The notes under the pieces were generated by a model. That model was not told the origin of the DNA, ran no database searches, and worked only from the letters and a program-made list of their open reading frames with translations. Shown here one piece after another: positions 39,225 to 48,977 of a stretch of 64,000 bases of DNA. Source of the DNA: Sphingomonas sp. (GTDB taxonomy: Bacteria > Pseudomonadota > Alphaproteobacteria > Sphingomonadales > Sphingomonadaceae); contig NZ_JAQZBC010000008.1 in NCBI RefSeq assembly GCF_029239295.1, positions 58,812-122,811 on the forward strand. Reading direction: 5' to 3'. The position numbers and the translations under genes were made by a program. Position 1 is the stretch's first letter, and each line of letters opens with the position of its first letter.

Positions 39225-39323
39225 CGCCAAACTGGTTCGCTACAATGAACCAATTTATGTTAGATCTAGCCGTCCAGGCTAGTGAAGCGGGAAGCCCTCA
39301 TCGCCAGCGATGGGGGCTTTTTT
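39225..39323 (+). ncRNA. Candidate small regulatory RNA (about 100 nt; 5' end uncertain)
   Basis: Hairpins TGGTTC/GAACCA and CTAGCC/GGCTAG, an AU-rich linker, and a strong terminator (AAGCCCTCATCG/CGATGGGGGCTT + T-run) with no upstream CDS to terminate. Confidence 0.45.
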
Positions 39324-39492
39324 GCAGCTGATTCAGAACCCGGCTCGGGAAATGGCGCTCGCCTTTTCTAACCTGCACAGATTCGAGCGTGCCAGACACG
39401 ACATAGCGCGGCCGCTACGCAGACGTTCGGCAAGGGCTGAGGGGACGCAAGCTTCGCGTACAGTCAGCCGTGAGCTTCGGGCGATGTGACGC

Positions 39493-40377
39493 TCACCCGC
39501 GTGGGTGGGCGTTTCGATATACGTCTAGGAGATGGGCCGCATCGACGGCGGTGTAGATTTGCGTCGAACTGAGGCTCGCGTGGCCAAGAAGCTCCTGCAG
39601 CGCGCGCAGGTCGGCCCCTCTGCCAAGCAGATGCGTGGCAAAGGAGTGGCGCAGCGCGTGCGGAGTCGTTCGGCTTGGCAGGTTCAACGCGCCGCGGGCG
39701 GCCCTTACCTTGGCGCGCACTACGCCCGGGGACAGCGGACCGCCCCTCACCCCGCGGAAAAGCGCGACGTCCGGCTCAGGCGACCACGGCGCCGCCGCCA
39801 CATAAGCCTCCAGTGCGCTTCGTACCGGCGGGATCAAGGGCACGACACGCTGTTTGTCGCGCTTGCCCGTCACAAGAAGAGTTTCGCCGAGCGGTAAAGC
39901 GGCGCCGGTAAGCGTCAGGGCCTCTCCGATTCGGAGGCCGGCACCGTAAAGCAGGAGCAGCAAGGCCCAGTCCCGTTGACCGACCCACGGCTCCCTGGCT
40001 TCTTGTGCCACTTCTTCCGCCAACGCGACTGCTTCGTGGGGCGCGATGGCTCGCGGAACGCCCTTGCGAACCCGTGGCCCCTTCAGCCGAGGCGCACTGC
40101 CTTCGCCACCCGCCCACTCCAGAAACGCGCGTGCCGCAGACAATTCCCGCGCCGCTGAGGCATTCGACAGGCCGTCGCCGCGGCGCCGTGCCAGAAATGC
40201 GCGCAGATCTGCGGCAGTTATCTCCCTCAACTCGGATCGGCCCACTGCGCCGCCGAGATGATGCTGGAGAAAATTCACCAGCCGCTGTGCTGTCGCACGA
40301 TAGGCTCTGACCGTGTGGATCGACCGACGCCGATCGCGGATCAGGTGTTCGGCATAGCGGGCGGGCAAGTCTTCCAC
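39493..40377 (-). CDS. xerC: Tyrosine recombinase XerC
   Basis: [44 protein letters not shown]; adjacent to priA. Confidence 0.88.
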   Translation of the reverse strand: MEDLPARYAEHLIRDRRRSIHTVRAYRATAQRLVNFLQHHLGGAVGRSELREITAADLRAFLARRRGDGLSNASAARELSAARAFLEWAGGEGSAPRLKGPRVRKGVPRAIAPHEAVALAEEVAQEAREPWVGQRDWALLLLLYGAGLRIGEALTLTGAALPLGETLLVTGKRDKQRVVPLIPPVRSALEAYVAAAPWSPEPDVALFRGVRGGPLSPGVVRAKVRAARGALNLPSRTTPHALRHSFATHLLGRGADLRALQELLGHASLSSTQIYTAVDAAHLLDVYRNAHPRG

Positions 40378-40423
40378 GGCAATTCCGTATCACCTGCTTT
40401 CCTCCGAGTCGCCTGCGCCCCAT

Positions 40424-42604
40424 ATGCGCAGGCCAATGTCCCGTGCCCGTGTCCTCCTCCTCAATGCCGCTCTTGGTCCGCTCGACTACCGTGTGCCGCA
40501 CGGCATGTCGGTCGAGCCTGGATCGATCGTCGTTGCCCCTCTTGGACCGCGGCAGTTGGTCGGCGTGGCGTGGGAACCGGAGCGGATGCCGTCCGACGCA
40601 GAGGTGGGCGACAATCGGCTACGCAACCTGCTGGCGGTTGCTGACGCGCCGCCGCTGCGCCCAGCACTTCGCCGGCTGATCGAATGGACAGCGAGCTATT
40701 ATCTGGCGCCCCCTGCATCGGTGTTGCGGATGGCGCTGTCCTCCACCTCCGCGCTGGAGGGAACACGGCTGGCAACCGAATATCGTGCGACCGGCCAGCG
40801 CCCCGAGCGAATGACGCCGCAGCGCGAGCAAGCGCTTGAGCGAATTGGTGATCGGCAAGGCCTGATTCGTGAGCTCGCCGCGGTCGCGGACGTGTCCGAC
40901 GGCGTCATTCGCGGGCTGGTGAAGCTGGGCGCGATTGAAAGCGTCGAAGTAGATATCGACACCCCCTTCCCGATCCCCGATCCTGATTTTGCCGCCCCGG
41001 TCTTGTCTGACGACCAGCGTGCAGCAGCCGAATCGCTGGTCGGCGATGTGGTGGCGGAGAGGTTTCGCCCTACCCTTCTCGATGGTGTCACGGGATCGGG
41101 CAAGACAGAGGTCTATTTCGAGGCTGTCGCTGAGGCGCTGCGGCGGGGGCGCCAGGTTCTGGTGTTGCTGCCTGAGATCGCGCTGACCGAGCCTTTTCTC
41201 CGGCGCTTCCACGACCGGTTCGGCTGTGAGCCGGTTCCGTGGCACTCGGGATTGCGGTCGACGCAGCGGCGCCGCGCCTGGCGCGCCATCGCCAGCGGCG
41301 AAGCCCGTGTCACCGTGGGCGCGCGATCGGCGTTGTTCCTGCCCTATGCAAACCTGGGACTGATCGTCGTCGACGAAGCGCATGAGACGAGCTTCAAGCA
41401 GGAAGACGGCGTCCATTATCACGCACGCGACGTCGCGGTGATGCGGGGCAAGTTCGAGGAATGTCCCGTCATCCTCGCCTCTGCCACGCCCGCGATCGAG
41501 ACCAGGCAGCAGGTGACGCTGGGCAATTATGCCGAGGTGAAGCTGCCGGGCCGATTCGGTGCGGCGACGATGCCGAAGATCGAGGCGATCGATCTGCTGG
41601 AGCACAAGCCTGACCGCGGGCGCTGGATCGCGCCGCCGCTGGTGAAAGCGATCGAGGAAACGCTGGAGCGGGGTGAGCAGTCCCTGCTCTTCCTCAACCG
41701 GCGCGGCTATGCACCGCTGACACTTTGCCGCCATTGCGGGCACCGCTTCCAATGCCCGAACTGCACCGCTTGGATGGTAGAGCATCGTCTGACGCGGCGG
41801 CTGGCGTGCCATCATTGCGGCCACGTCGAGCCGATCCCCCGCGCCTGCCCGGAATGTGGGGAGGAGGACAGCCTGGTGGCCTGCGGCCCCGGTGTTGAAC
41901 GCATCGCCGACGAGGCGACGGCGCTGTTTCCAGAGGCCCGCGTTGCCATCGTGACGTCCGACACGATCTGGTCACCGGCGAAGGCAGCGGAGTTCGTCGC
42001 CCGGATGGAGGCGGGCGCGATCGACATCGTGGTCGGCACGCAACTGGTGACGAAGGGCTATCATTTCCCCAATTTGACGCTGGTGGGGGTGATCGATGCC
42101 GACCTGGGCCTGGAGGGCGGCGACCTTCGGGCGGCGGAGCGGACCTTCCAGCAGATCCGGCAGGTGTCAGGCCGCGCCGGGCGCGGAGAGAAGCCGGGCC
42201 GCGTATTCATCCAGACCCATTCACCCGGCGCGCAAGTGATGCAGGCGCTGATCACCGGGGATGCCGATGCCTTCTACGCCGCCGAGATCGAGGCACGGCA
42301 GGATGCCGGGGCGCCGCCCTTCGGGCGCTATGCGGCGATCATCGTGTCGAGCGAGGATGCTCCCGCTGCGCAGGAAGTTGCCCGACTGATCGGGCGAAGC
42401 GCGCCCAAGGTGGAGGGCATGCACGTCTATGGCCCTGCCCCCGCGCCGCTGGCGATGCTGCGCGGGCGGCATCGGTTTCGCCTGCTGGTCCATGCGCGGC
42501 GCACGCTGGATGTGCAGGATGTCATTCGCGAGTGGCTGGGGTCGCTGGACTGGCCGAGCAAGGTGCGGGTCGCGGTGGATGTCGATCCCTACAGCTTTCT
42601 CTAG
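40424..42604 (+). CDS. priA: Primosomal protein N'
   Basis: GVTGSGKTEVY, DEAH, four CxxC zinc knuckles, QVSGRAGR, GPAPAPL; start 40424 or 40436. Confidence 0.97.
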   Translation: MRRPMSRARVLLLNAALGPLDYRVPHGMSVEPGSIVVAPLGPRQLVGVAWEPERMPSDAEVGDNRLRNLLAVADAPPLRPALRRLIEWTASYYLAPPASVLRMALSSTSALEGTRLATEYRATGQRPERMTPQREQALERIGDRQGLIRELAAVADVSDGVIRGLVKLGAIESVEVDIDTPFPIPDPDFAAPVLSDDQRAAAESLVGDVVAERFRPTLLDGVTGSGKTEVYFEAVAEALRRGRQVLVLLPEIALTEPFLRRFHDRFGCEPVPWHSGLRSTQRRRAWRAIASGEARVTVGARSALFLPYANLGLIVVDEAHETSFKQEDGVHYHARDVAVMRGKFEECPVILASATPAIETRQQVTLGNYAEVKLPGRFGAATMPKIEAIDLLEHKPDRGRWIAPPLVKAIEETLERGEQSLLFLNRRGYAPLTLCRHCGHRFQCPNCTAWMVEHRLTRRLACHHCGHVEPIPRACPECGEEDSLVACGPGVERIADEATALFPEARVAIVTSDTIWSPAKAAEFVARMEAGAIDIVVGTQLVTKGYHFPNLTLVGVIDADLGLEGGDLRAAERTFQQIRQVSGRAGRGEKPGRVFIQTHSPGAQVMQALITGDADAFYAAEIEARQDAGAPPFGRYAAIIVSSEDAPAAQEVARLIGRSAPKVEGMHVYGPAPAPLAMLRGRHRFRLLVHARRTLDVQDVIREWLGSLDWPSKVRVAVDVDPYSFL

Positions 42605-42613
42605 CGCCGCACG

Positions 42614-43159
42614 CTAGGAGCGGGGGCGGCGCAGGACGATGTAGAGCGCGCCCTGCCCCCCGTGGCGCGGATGGGCGTTGCGGACGGCGGCGATGGCAGC
42701 GGCGTGGCGCGAGCCAGCGAGCCAGTCGCCGATCGCAGCTCGGATCGCACCGCGAGCATGGGGGCGCTCACTCTCCGGACGGGGCGGTTTTCCGGTGACG
42801 AGGAGAACCACGCGGTCGCCGCGCGCAACCGAGCGGGCGAGCGCACCGTCGAGCATGTCATAAGCGGAATGGAGCGTGTGGCCGTGGAGGTCGATCGTCG
42901 CGTCGGGGCTGACCAGCCCGCGCGACAGGCGCTTGTCCCAGCCGCCATCCAGGGTCACGCCCGGCCCCGGACGTGCGGGCGGCGGAGTCTTCACGGGGGT
43001 AATCGGCCTGTTTGCGGCGACTTTTGGCCGCCGATCAGCCGGTGGCGGCTCCGGCGCCGGACGCGGGACGATCGTCACCGCGGCCGCGCGCAGCGGACGG
43101 ACGGTTGCCATCACCCGCGCCCAGAGCGCGGCCTCGTCAGGATCAAGGGCGCGCGACAC
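42614..43159 (-). CDS. Smr/MutS2 C-terminal domain protein
   Basis: IDLHGHT, LLVTGKP, HGGQGALY. Confidence 0.9.
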   Translation of the reverse strand: MSRALDPDEAALWARVMATVRPLRAAAVTIVPRPAPEPPPADRRPKVAANRPITPVKTPPPARPGPGVTLDGGWDKRLSRGLVSPDATIDLHGHTLHSAYDMLDGALARSVARGDRVVLLVTGKPPRPESERPHARGAIRAAIGDWLAGSRHAAAIAAVRNAHPRHGGQGALYIVLRRPRS

Positions 43160-44399
43160 CGAGCCGGGCCAGCGTGCCGACCGGCACGAGCAGGAAGGCG
43201 GTGCCCCGCGCGCTCATCCCGCCAGCGATGGCGCGGGCCTCGTCGCCAGCGCCCCAGAAGGTGTCGAAGCGATTGGTGCCCTTGATCGCGCCGCCGGTAT
43301 CCTGCGCCACCCACAGGCCGGTGGCGGCGGTGCGGTCCATCGACAGGAACACCGGCGCGCCGAGCGGCACGAAGCGGACGTCCGCGGCCACGGTGGCCTG
43401 ATCCGACACCGGAAGGCCCATCGCGCCGAGCGGCGGGCCGTCGAGTTCGCGGAAGAACACGTAGCTCTTGTTCTCGCGCATGATCTCGCGCCCCTGCGCC
43501 GGATTGGCGTGGAGCCAGGCGACGATGCCCTGCATGCTCGCCTCACCACGGCCGATCAGCCCGCGATCGAGCATCAGCTTGCCGATGCCGGTATAATCGC
43601 GGCCGTTCTGCGTCTCATAACCAATCCGCAGCACCTGCCCGTCGGGCATGCGGACGAGACCCGAACCCTGCACCTGGAGGAAGAACAGCTCCACCGGATC
43701 GACCGCATAGCCAAGGATGCGGGCCTTGCCGGACAGGGCGCCTTCCTCGATCATCGTGCGATCGTAATAGGGCACGAAATTGGTGCCTTCGACCCGGCCG
43801 CGGATCTTCTTGCCCTTCAGCGCCTCGGAGAACTGACCGAGGTCGACGTCGACGAGATCATTCGGGCGGCCGTAGATCGGGGCATAGCCGGGGCGGTGCG
43901 AGCGCGAGCCGGCGATTTCGGGAATGTAATAGCCGGTGGCGAACGCCTTGCCGTCGCCGACCTGCACGGTTTCGAACCAGCGCGTGAAGAATTCGCGTGG
44001 GTCGCCGCCGCGTGACGCGGCGTCACAGGCCGGCTTCCAATCGGCACCGCGCGTCAGCCCGGTGGGATCGGTGCGGCGGACAAGCGATGGGCAGCTGATA
44101 CGGAACGCGGCAAGCGCGCGGTCGGCCGCCTCGCGGGTGATCGGAAGACTGGCCACCGACGGCCCGCGGGCGAGGCCGGCGGCGACGGCGGTGGTCGCCG
44201 CAGGATTGCTGACGCCGGGCAGCGGCGCCATCGGCGTGGCGGGCGTCGGCTGACGCACGGGCCCGCTGGTGCGCGGTGGTTGTTGCTGTGACGAGCCGCG
44301 CGGCGGCGCTGAACCTGGCGTTGGCGGCACCACGCCGCCGACACAGGCCGACAGCGCCAGCGCCGCGGCCAGCGTAATCCCCCCCCGAAGATGCATCAC
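43143..44399 (-). CDS. mltA: Murein lytic transglycosylase A
   Basis: Lipobox LSAC; TGYYIP, FFLQVQGSG, AQDTGGAIKG, DTFWGAG. Confidence 0.93.
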   Translation of the reverse strand: MMHLRGGITLAAALALSACVGGVVPPTPGSAPPRGSSQQQPPRTSGPVRQPTPATPMAPLPGVSNPAATTAVAAGLARGPSVASLPITREAADRALAAFRISCPSLVRRTDPTGLTRGADWKPACDAASRGGDPREFFTRWFETVQVGDGKAFATGYYIPEIAGSRSHRPGYAPIYGRPNDLVDVDLGQFSEALKGKKIRGRVEGTNFVPYYDRTMIEEGALSGKARILGYAVDPVELFFLQVQGSGLVRMPDGQVLRIGYETQNGRDYTGIGKLMLDRGLIGRGEASMQGIVAWLHANPAQGREIMRENKSYVFFRELDGPPLGAMGLPVSDQATVAADVRFVPLGAPVFLSMDRTAATGLWVAQDTGGAIKGTNRFDTFWGAGDEARAIAGGMSARGTAFLLVPVGTLARLGVARP

Positions 44400-45040
44400 G
44401 CTTCGTCGGTGTCCGACAGTTTCCAGTTCGGATCGCTGCTGCGCAGGGTGCGCGCAAACGTCCAGACATCGTGCGTTTCGAGCGCGTCGCTGGTCGAGCC
44501 GGCGATCACGTTGCCCTCGCCGTCGCGGGTCACCGCGGCGATCAGCGCGTCGAAGCGCACGGTAATGCGCGCATCCTTGCCCTGCAGCGAGGCGCCGGTG
44601 ATCGTTGCCTTGTCGATCGACACCAGCCGATTGTCGAGGACCTGCCCGGCGGCCTGACGTGCTGCGATCGCGTCGCCGAACGCACGACCCACGTCGGGCG
44701 ACACCAGGTCGCGCAAGGTTTCCTCGTCACCCTTCCAGAAGGCCTCGAGGATCATGCGATAGGCCGCCTGCGCGCCATCGACGAAGCGATTGACGTCAAA
44801 CCCCTGTTCCGCCGCAATAATCGCGCGAATACCAGGTTCCGCAGTTCCCTCAAACGGCTTCACCACCGGCTCACGCGGTTCGGCGGTCGTTTCCACGGCG
44901 CGCGGCAAGGCACTGGCCACGACGCGGTCCTCCGCCGGTTTGGGCAATGGCTGCTCATGTCCTGTACGCTTGCCCAGCACCGAATAGAGCCGGAGCGCAA
45001 GGAATGCCGCAACCATCGCAAGAAGGACTATGTAGAACAC
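44396..45040 (-). CDS. Tim44/TimA family protein
   Basis: N-terminal TM with LYSVLGKRTG; DVWTFAR C-terminus; conserved synteny with secB and mltA. Confidence 0.88.
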   Translation of the reverse strand: MFYIVLLAMVAAFLALRLYSVLGKRTGHEQPLPKPAEDRVVASALPRAVETTAEPREPVVKPFEGTAEPGIRAIIAAEQGFDVNRFVDGAQAAYRMILEAFWKGDEETLRDLVSPDVGRAFGDAIAARQAAGQVLDNRLVSIDKATITGASLQGKDARITVRFDALIAAVTRDGEGNVIAGSTSDALETHDVWTFARTLRSSDPNWKLSDTDEA

Positions 45041-45066
45041 CCGACCTCCGATACGCTAAGGTTCCA

Positions 45067-45095
45067 ACATAGGGCGCAACGCGCCATGTTTCAAA
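45067..45095 (-). promoter_or_regulatory. Candidate RpoH (sigma32) promoter of the timA-mltA-smr operon
   Basis: TTTGAAA-N14-CCCTATGT on the minus strand, about 27 bp upstream of the GTG start. Confidence 0.5.
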
Positions 45096-45221
45096 TGGGT
45101 GCTGCGGTTGTCACGAAGATGGTCGAATGGGGCCGCCGTTGAAACGCTGCTGCCCCCCTGCTAGGCGCGACCGCCATACGCGCGGGAGGCCGCGCGCCCA
45201 TCATCCTCAAGGAAGAAGCAC

Positions 45222-45749
45222 ATGGACGAGCAGGACAACGGCGCCGGGATCGGCAACCAGACCGGCCAGGACGGCGCGCTGCCTAATGGCGCGGACAATG
45301 CCCCGGCGGTCGGCCTGCTGTCGCAATATGTGAAGGACCTGTCGTTCGAGAACCCGAATGCGCCGGCGGTTTTCCAGGATGCGCAGGGCCCGGAAATCAA
45401 CGTCCAGTTCGACATCGCCGCCAACCAGGTGGCCGATGACGCGCATGAAGTGACGCTGAAGGTCGAGGTTCGCGCCGAGACGCAGGGCCGCGTCACCTTC
45501 CTCGTCGAGCTGGCTTATGCCGGCCTGTTCGGCGTGCGCAACGTGCCGATGGACGCGCTGCAGCCGTTCCTGCTGGGCGAAGCACCGCGCCTGCTGTTCC
45601 CGTTTGCCCGCCGCGTCGTGGCCGACACGATCCGCGACGGCGGCTTCCCGCCACTGCTGCTGGAGCCGATCGACTTCAACTCGCTGTACATGCAGCAGGC
45701 CGAGCAGCGCGACGCGCAGCTGGCATCGGGCAATTTCGGCCAGGCCTGA
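45222..45749 (+). CDS. secB: Protein-export chaperone SecB
   Basis: QYVKDLSFENPNAP, LLFPFARRVVA, PLLLEPIDF. Confidence 0.96.
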   Translation: MDEQDNGAGIGNQTGQDGALPNGADNAPAVGLLSQYVKDLSFENPNAPAVFQDAQGPEINVQFDIAANQVADDAHEVTLKVEVRAETQGRVTFLVELAYAGLFGVRNVPMDALQPFLLGEAPRLLFPFARRVVADTIRDGGFPPLLLEPIDFNSLYMQQAEQRDAQLASGNFGQA

Positions 45750-45885
45750 ACCCGGCCACGCGATCAGCCGCCGGTCGGCGCGGGAACGCGCCGGCCAGCG
45801 ATTGATCGCCCGACCGATCCGCCCGCGGCCGGTCGGCAAAAGATAAGCGGGCGCCTTTGATGTCCGTCGAGCGGGACGTAGCAAG

Positions 45886-47445
45886 ATGAACCTGACGCGC
45901 GCGCTTGGCTCGGTTGGCGGGCTGACCCTGGCCAGCCGCATCCTGGGGCTGGTGCGCGATTCGCTGTTCGCGCGCTTCGTCGGCGCGGGGTTCGCCTCCG
46001 ACGCGTTCCTGATCGCGTTTCGCCTGCCGAACATGTTTCGCGCGCTGTTCGCGGAAGGCGCCTTTTCCGCTGCCTTCATCCCGATGTTCAATCGCAAGGT
46101 GGCCGACAAGGACGGCAAGGGGATGACGGACGGGATCGGGTTCGCCAGCGACACGCTGTCGATCCTGCTGCCGGTCCTGATCATCTTCACCATCATCATG
46201 GAACTGGCCGCGTGGCCGGTGACATGGCTGTTGTCGGGCGGGTTCAACGACGCCGGGCGCGAGGAATTCGCCTTTGCCGTTGAACTGTCCCGGCTGACCT
46301 TTCCCTATCTGATGCTGATCAGCCTGGTGTCGCTGCTGGGCGGTATCCTCAATTCGCTGCACCGTTTCTGGGTCGCGGCGGCGGCGCCGATCCTGCTCAA
46401 CCTGACGCTGATCGCGGCGCTGCTGTTCTTCCACCATCAGGACAATCTGATGACCGCGCGCAACCAGGCAATCGCGGTGACGATTTCGGGTGCGCTCCAG
46501 CTGCTGTGGCTGATCTGGGCGTGCCGCAAGGCGGGCGTGGTGCTGAAGCTGAAGCGGCCGACGCTGACGCCGGACGTGAAACGGTTGATGTCGCTGATCT
46601 GGCCGACCGCCGCCGGTGCGGGCGCGGTGCAGATCAACCTGGTCATCTCCACCGCGCTGGCGGCGAGCCTGCTGTCCGCCGGGTCGGTCAGCTATATCTA
46701 TTATGCCGACCGGCTGAACCAATTGCCGCTGGGCCTGATCGGCATCGGGCTGGGCACCGTGCTGTTGCCGACGATCTCGGCGCAGCTGGGCCGCGGCGAG
46801 GATGCTGCAGCGATGGAAACGCAGAACCGCGGCATGGAGCTGGCGCTGTTCCTGACATTGCCGGCGACCGCGGCACTGATCGTGTGCGGCCAGCCGATCG
46901 TCGCCGCGCTGTTCCAGCATGGCGCCTTCACCCCCGCCGATACGGCGGCGACCGCCCAGTCGCTTGCGGCGTTTTCGGTTGGCCTGCCGGCGTACATCCT
47001 GGTGAAGGTGCTGACCCCCGGCTTCTACGCGCGGCAGGATACGCGCACCCCGGTGCGCTATGCCACGGCGTCGATGGTGGTGAATCTGGTGCTCAACCTC
47101 GCCTTCATCTACCCGCTGGGCCATATGGGGCCGCCGCTGGCGACGGCGCTTGCCTCCACCGTCAACGTCGTCCTGCTGTGGCGGGCGCTAGTGGCGCGCG
47201 GGCATTTCGTGGTGGATGCGCAGCTGAAGCGGCGGGCATGGCGGCTGGTGCTTGCCGCGCTGCTGATGGGCGTGGTCATGTGGTTCGCCAACGACCTGTT
47301 CCGCCCCTACACCACCGGGCCGAGCCTGCACCGCTGGGGCGCGATGCTGGTGCTGGTCAGCGCGGGTGCGCTGGTCTATTTCGCCGCCACCTTCCTGTTC
47401 GGCGCCTTTCGGATGGCCGACGTCAGAAGGCTTGTTCGTCGATAG
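45886..47445 (+). CDS. murJ: Lipid II flippase MurJ (MviN)
   Basis: SRILGLVRD, AFRLPNMFRALFAEGAFSAAFIP, YYADRLNQLPLG. Confidence 0.95.
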   Translation: MNLTRALGSVGGLTLASRILGLVRDSLFARFVGAGFASDAFLIAFRLPNMFRALFAEGAFSAAFIPMFNRKVADKDGKGMTDGIGFASDTLSILLPVLIIFTIIMELAAWPVTWLLSGGFNDAGREEFAFAVELSRLTFPYLMLISLVSLLGGILNSLHRFWVAAAAPILLNLTLIAALLFFHHQDNLMTARNQAIAVTISGALQLLWLIWACRKAGVVLKLKRPTLTPDVKRLMSLIWPTAAGAGAVQINLVISTALAASLLSAGSVSYIYYADRLNQLPLGLIGIGLGTVLLPTISAQLGRGEDAAAMETQNRGMELALFLTLPATAALIVCGQPIVAALFQHGAFTPADTAATAQSLAAFSVGLPAYILVKVLTPGFYARQDTRTPVRYATASMVVNLVLNLAFIYPLGHMGPPLATALASTVNVVLLWRALVARGHFVVDAQLKRRAWRLVLAALLMGVVMWFANDLFRPYTTGPSLHRWGAMLVLVSAGALVYFAATFLFGAFRMADVRRLVRR

Positions 47446-47457
47446 GATTTGTCCCCC

Positions 47458-48465
47458 ATGCGCGTCGTTTCCGGCATCAAGCCCACCGGTAACCTTCATC
47501 TCGGCAATTACCTGGGTGCGGTGAAGCAGTGGGTGGCGATGCAGGACGAGATCCAGGCGCAGGGCGGGGAGACGATGTATTTCATCGCCGACCTGCATGG
47601 CCTGACCGAGTGGATCACGCCCGCCGAGTTAACCGCCAACACGATCGAGATGACCGCTACGCTGGTCGCCGCCGGGATCGACCCCGAGCGGTCGATCCTG
47701 TTCAACCAGACGCGCGTGCCGGCGCACAGCGAGCTGGCGTGGCTGCTGAACAATGTCGCGCGGGTCGGATGGCTCAATCGCATGACGCAGTTCAAGGACA
47801 AGGCGGGCAAGAACCGTGAGGGCGCGAGCGTCGGCCTGTACGACTATCCGGTGCTGATGGCGGCCGACGTGCTGCTGTACAACGCGACGCACGTGCCGGT
47901 GGGCGAGGATCAGAAGCAACATCTGGAGCTGGCGCGCGACATCGCGACCAAGTTCAACCAGGATTATGAGACCGAGCTGTTCACCCTGCCCGCGCCGCTG
48001 ATCAGCAAGGCCGCGCCGCGGATCATGAGCCTGCGCGATGCATCGGCCAAGATGTCCAAGTCCAACCCGTCGGCGCAGTCGGTGGTGAAGCTGATCGATA
48101 CCGACAGCGAGATTGCCGACAAGTTCCGCAAGGCGAAGACCGATCCCGAGGCGCTGCCCGATACGTGGGACGCGCTCGCCGAGCGGCCGGAGGCACGCAA
48201 CCTGGTGACGATCTTCGCCGCGCTGGCGGATCGTACGCCGGAGGACGTGGTGACTGAGTTTGCGGGCCAGGGCTTCGGGCAGTTCAAGCCGGCGCTGGCC
48301 GATCTGGCGGTAGCGAAGCTCGGCCCGATCCGCGACGAGATGGTCCGCCTGCTCGACGATCGCGGCGCGATCGACGCGATCCTGGCGCGGGGTGCGGAGA
48401 AGGCACGCGACCTGGCGGCGCCGGTGCTGGCGACGGCGCAGCGGGCGATGGGCCTGCTCGCTTAA
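47458..48465 (+). CDS. trpS: Tryptophan--tRNA ligase
   Basis: PTGNLHLGNY, VPVGEDQKQH, KMSKS. Confidence 0.97.
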   Translation: MRVVSGIKPTGNLHLGNYLGAVKQWVAMQDEIQAQGGETMYFIADLHGLTEWITPAELTANTIEMTATLVAAGIDPERSILFNQTRVPAHSELAWLLNNVARVGWLNRMTQFKDKAGKNREGASVGLYDYPVLMAADVLLYNATHVPVGEDQKQHLELARDIATKFNQDYETELFTLPAPLISKAAPRIMSLRDASAKMSKSNPSAQSVVKLIDTDSEIADKFRKAKTDPEALPDTWDALAERPEARNLVTIFAALADRTPEDVVTEFAGQGFGQFKPALADLAVAKLGPIRDEMVRLLDDRGAIDAILARGAEKARDLAAPVLATAQRAMGLLA

Positions 48466-48493
48466 GCCCCCGCCGGCGCGCCGCTGCCGACCA

Positions 48494-48727
48494 TCAGAGC
48501 AGCAACAGTGCCAGCGCGATCAGCGACCAGAGCAGCGTCGACAGCGCGATCCAAGTGCCGAGCGAGACCGGGTCGATCGTGCGCGCCGCGGTGACCTTGT
48601 CGTCGGCGGCCTGCCTGTAGTGGGCAGGCGTCGCGCCGCCGCTGCCCTCGTCCGTCGGCTGGGCGAGCATGCTGCTGTCGAAATACACCTCAGCGACCAT
48701 CGGCTCATCCATCCGTTTCGAAGCCAT
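48494..48727 (-). CDS. Small hypothetical protein with C-terminal TM helix
   Basis: Coding-like segment ending in GTWIALSTLLWSLIALALLLL; start uncertain. Confidence 0.45.
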   Translation of the reverse strand: MASKRMDEPMVAEVYFDSSMLAQPTDEGSGGATPAHYRQAADDKVTAARTIDPVSLGTWIALSTLLWSLIALALLLL

Positions 48728-48977
48728 TCCTGCTGGAGCCGGCATCGCGCGGGCGAGTAAAGAACAAGATAACGTGGGATCCCACGGCACCTCATCTGGA
48801 CGAATACTTTCCCCATAATGGATACATCGTCCGTTCTTCATTCAGAATAATGCTTGACCCATAATCACCCCTCAAGGCACCAGTTTCGACAAGATAAGAC
48901 GCAATGCTACGGGGAATCAGCTGTAGTAGCAGCGGGGTCTCCGCTTCGTTTTCGTGCATCGCCAGGCATGAAACATC

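Noticed and set aside
39493-40377. Tyrosine recombinase as a prophage or island integrase
   Set aside because: Size, motifs and position next to priA fit housekeeping XerC; no att sites, tRNA or cargo genes nearby
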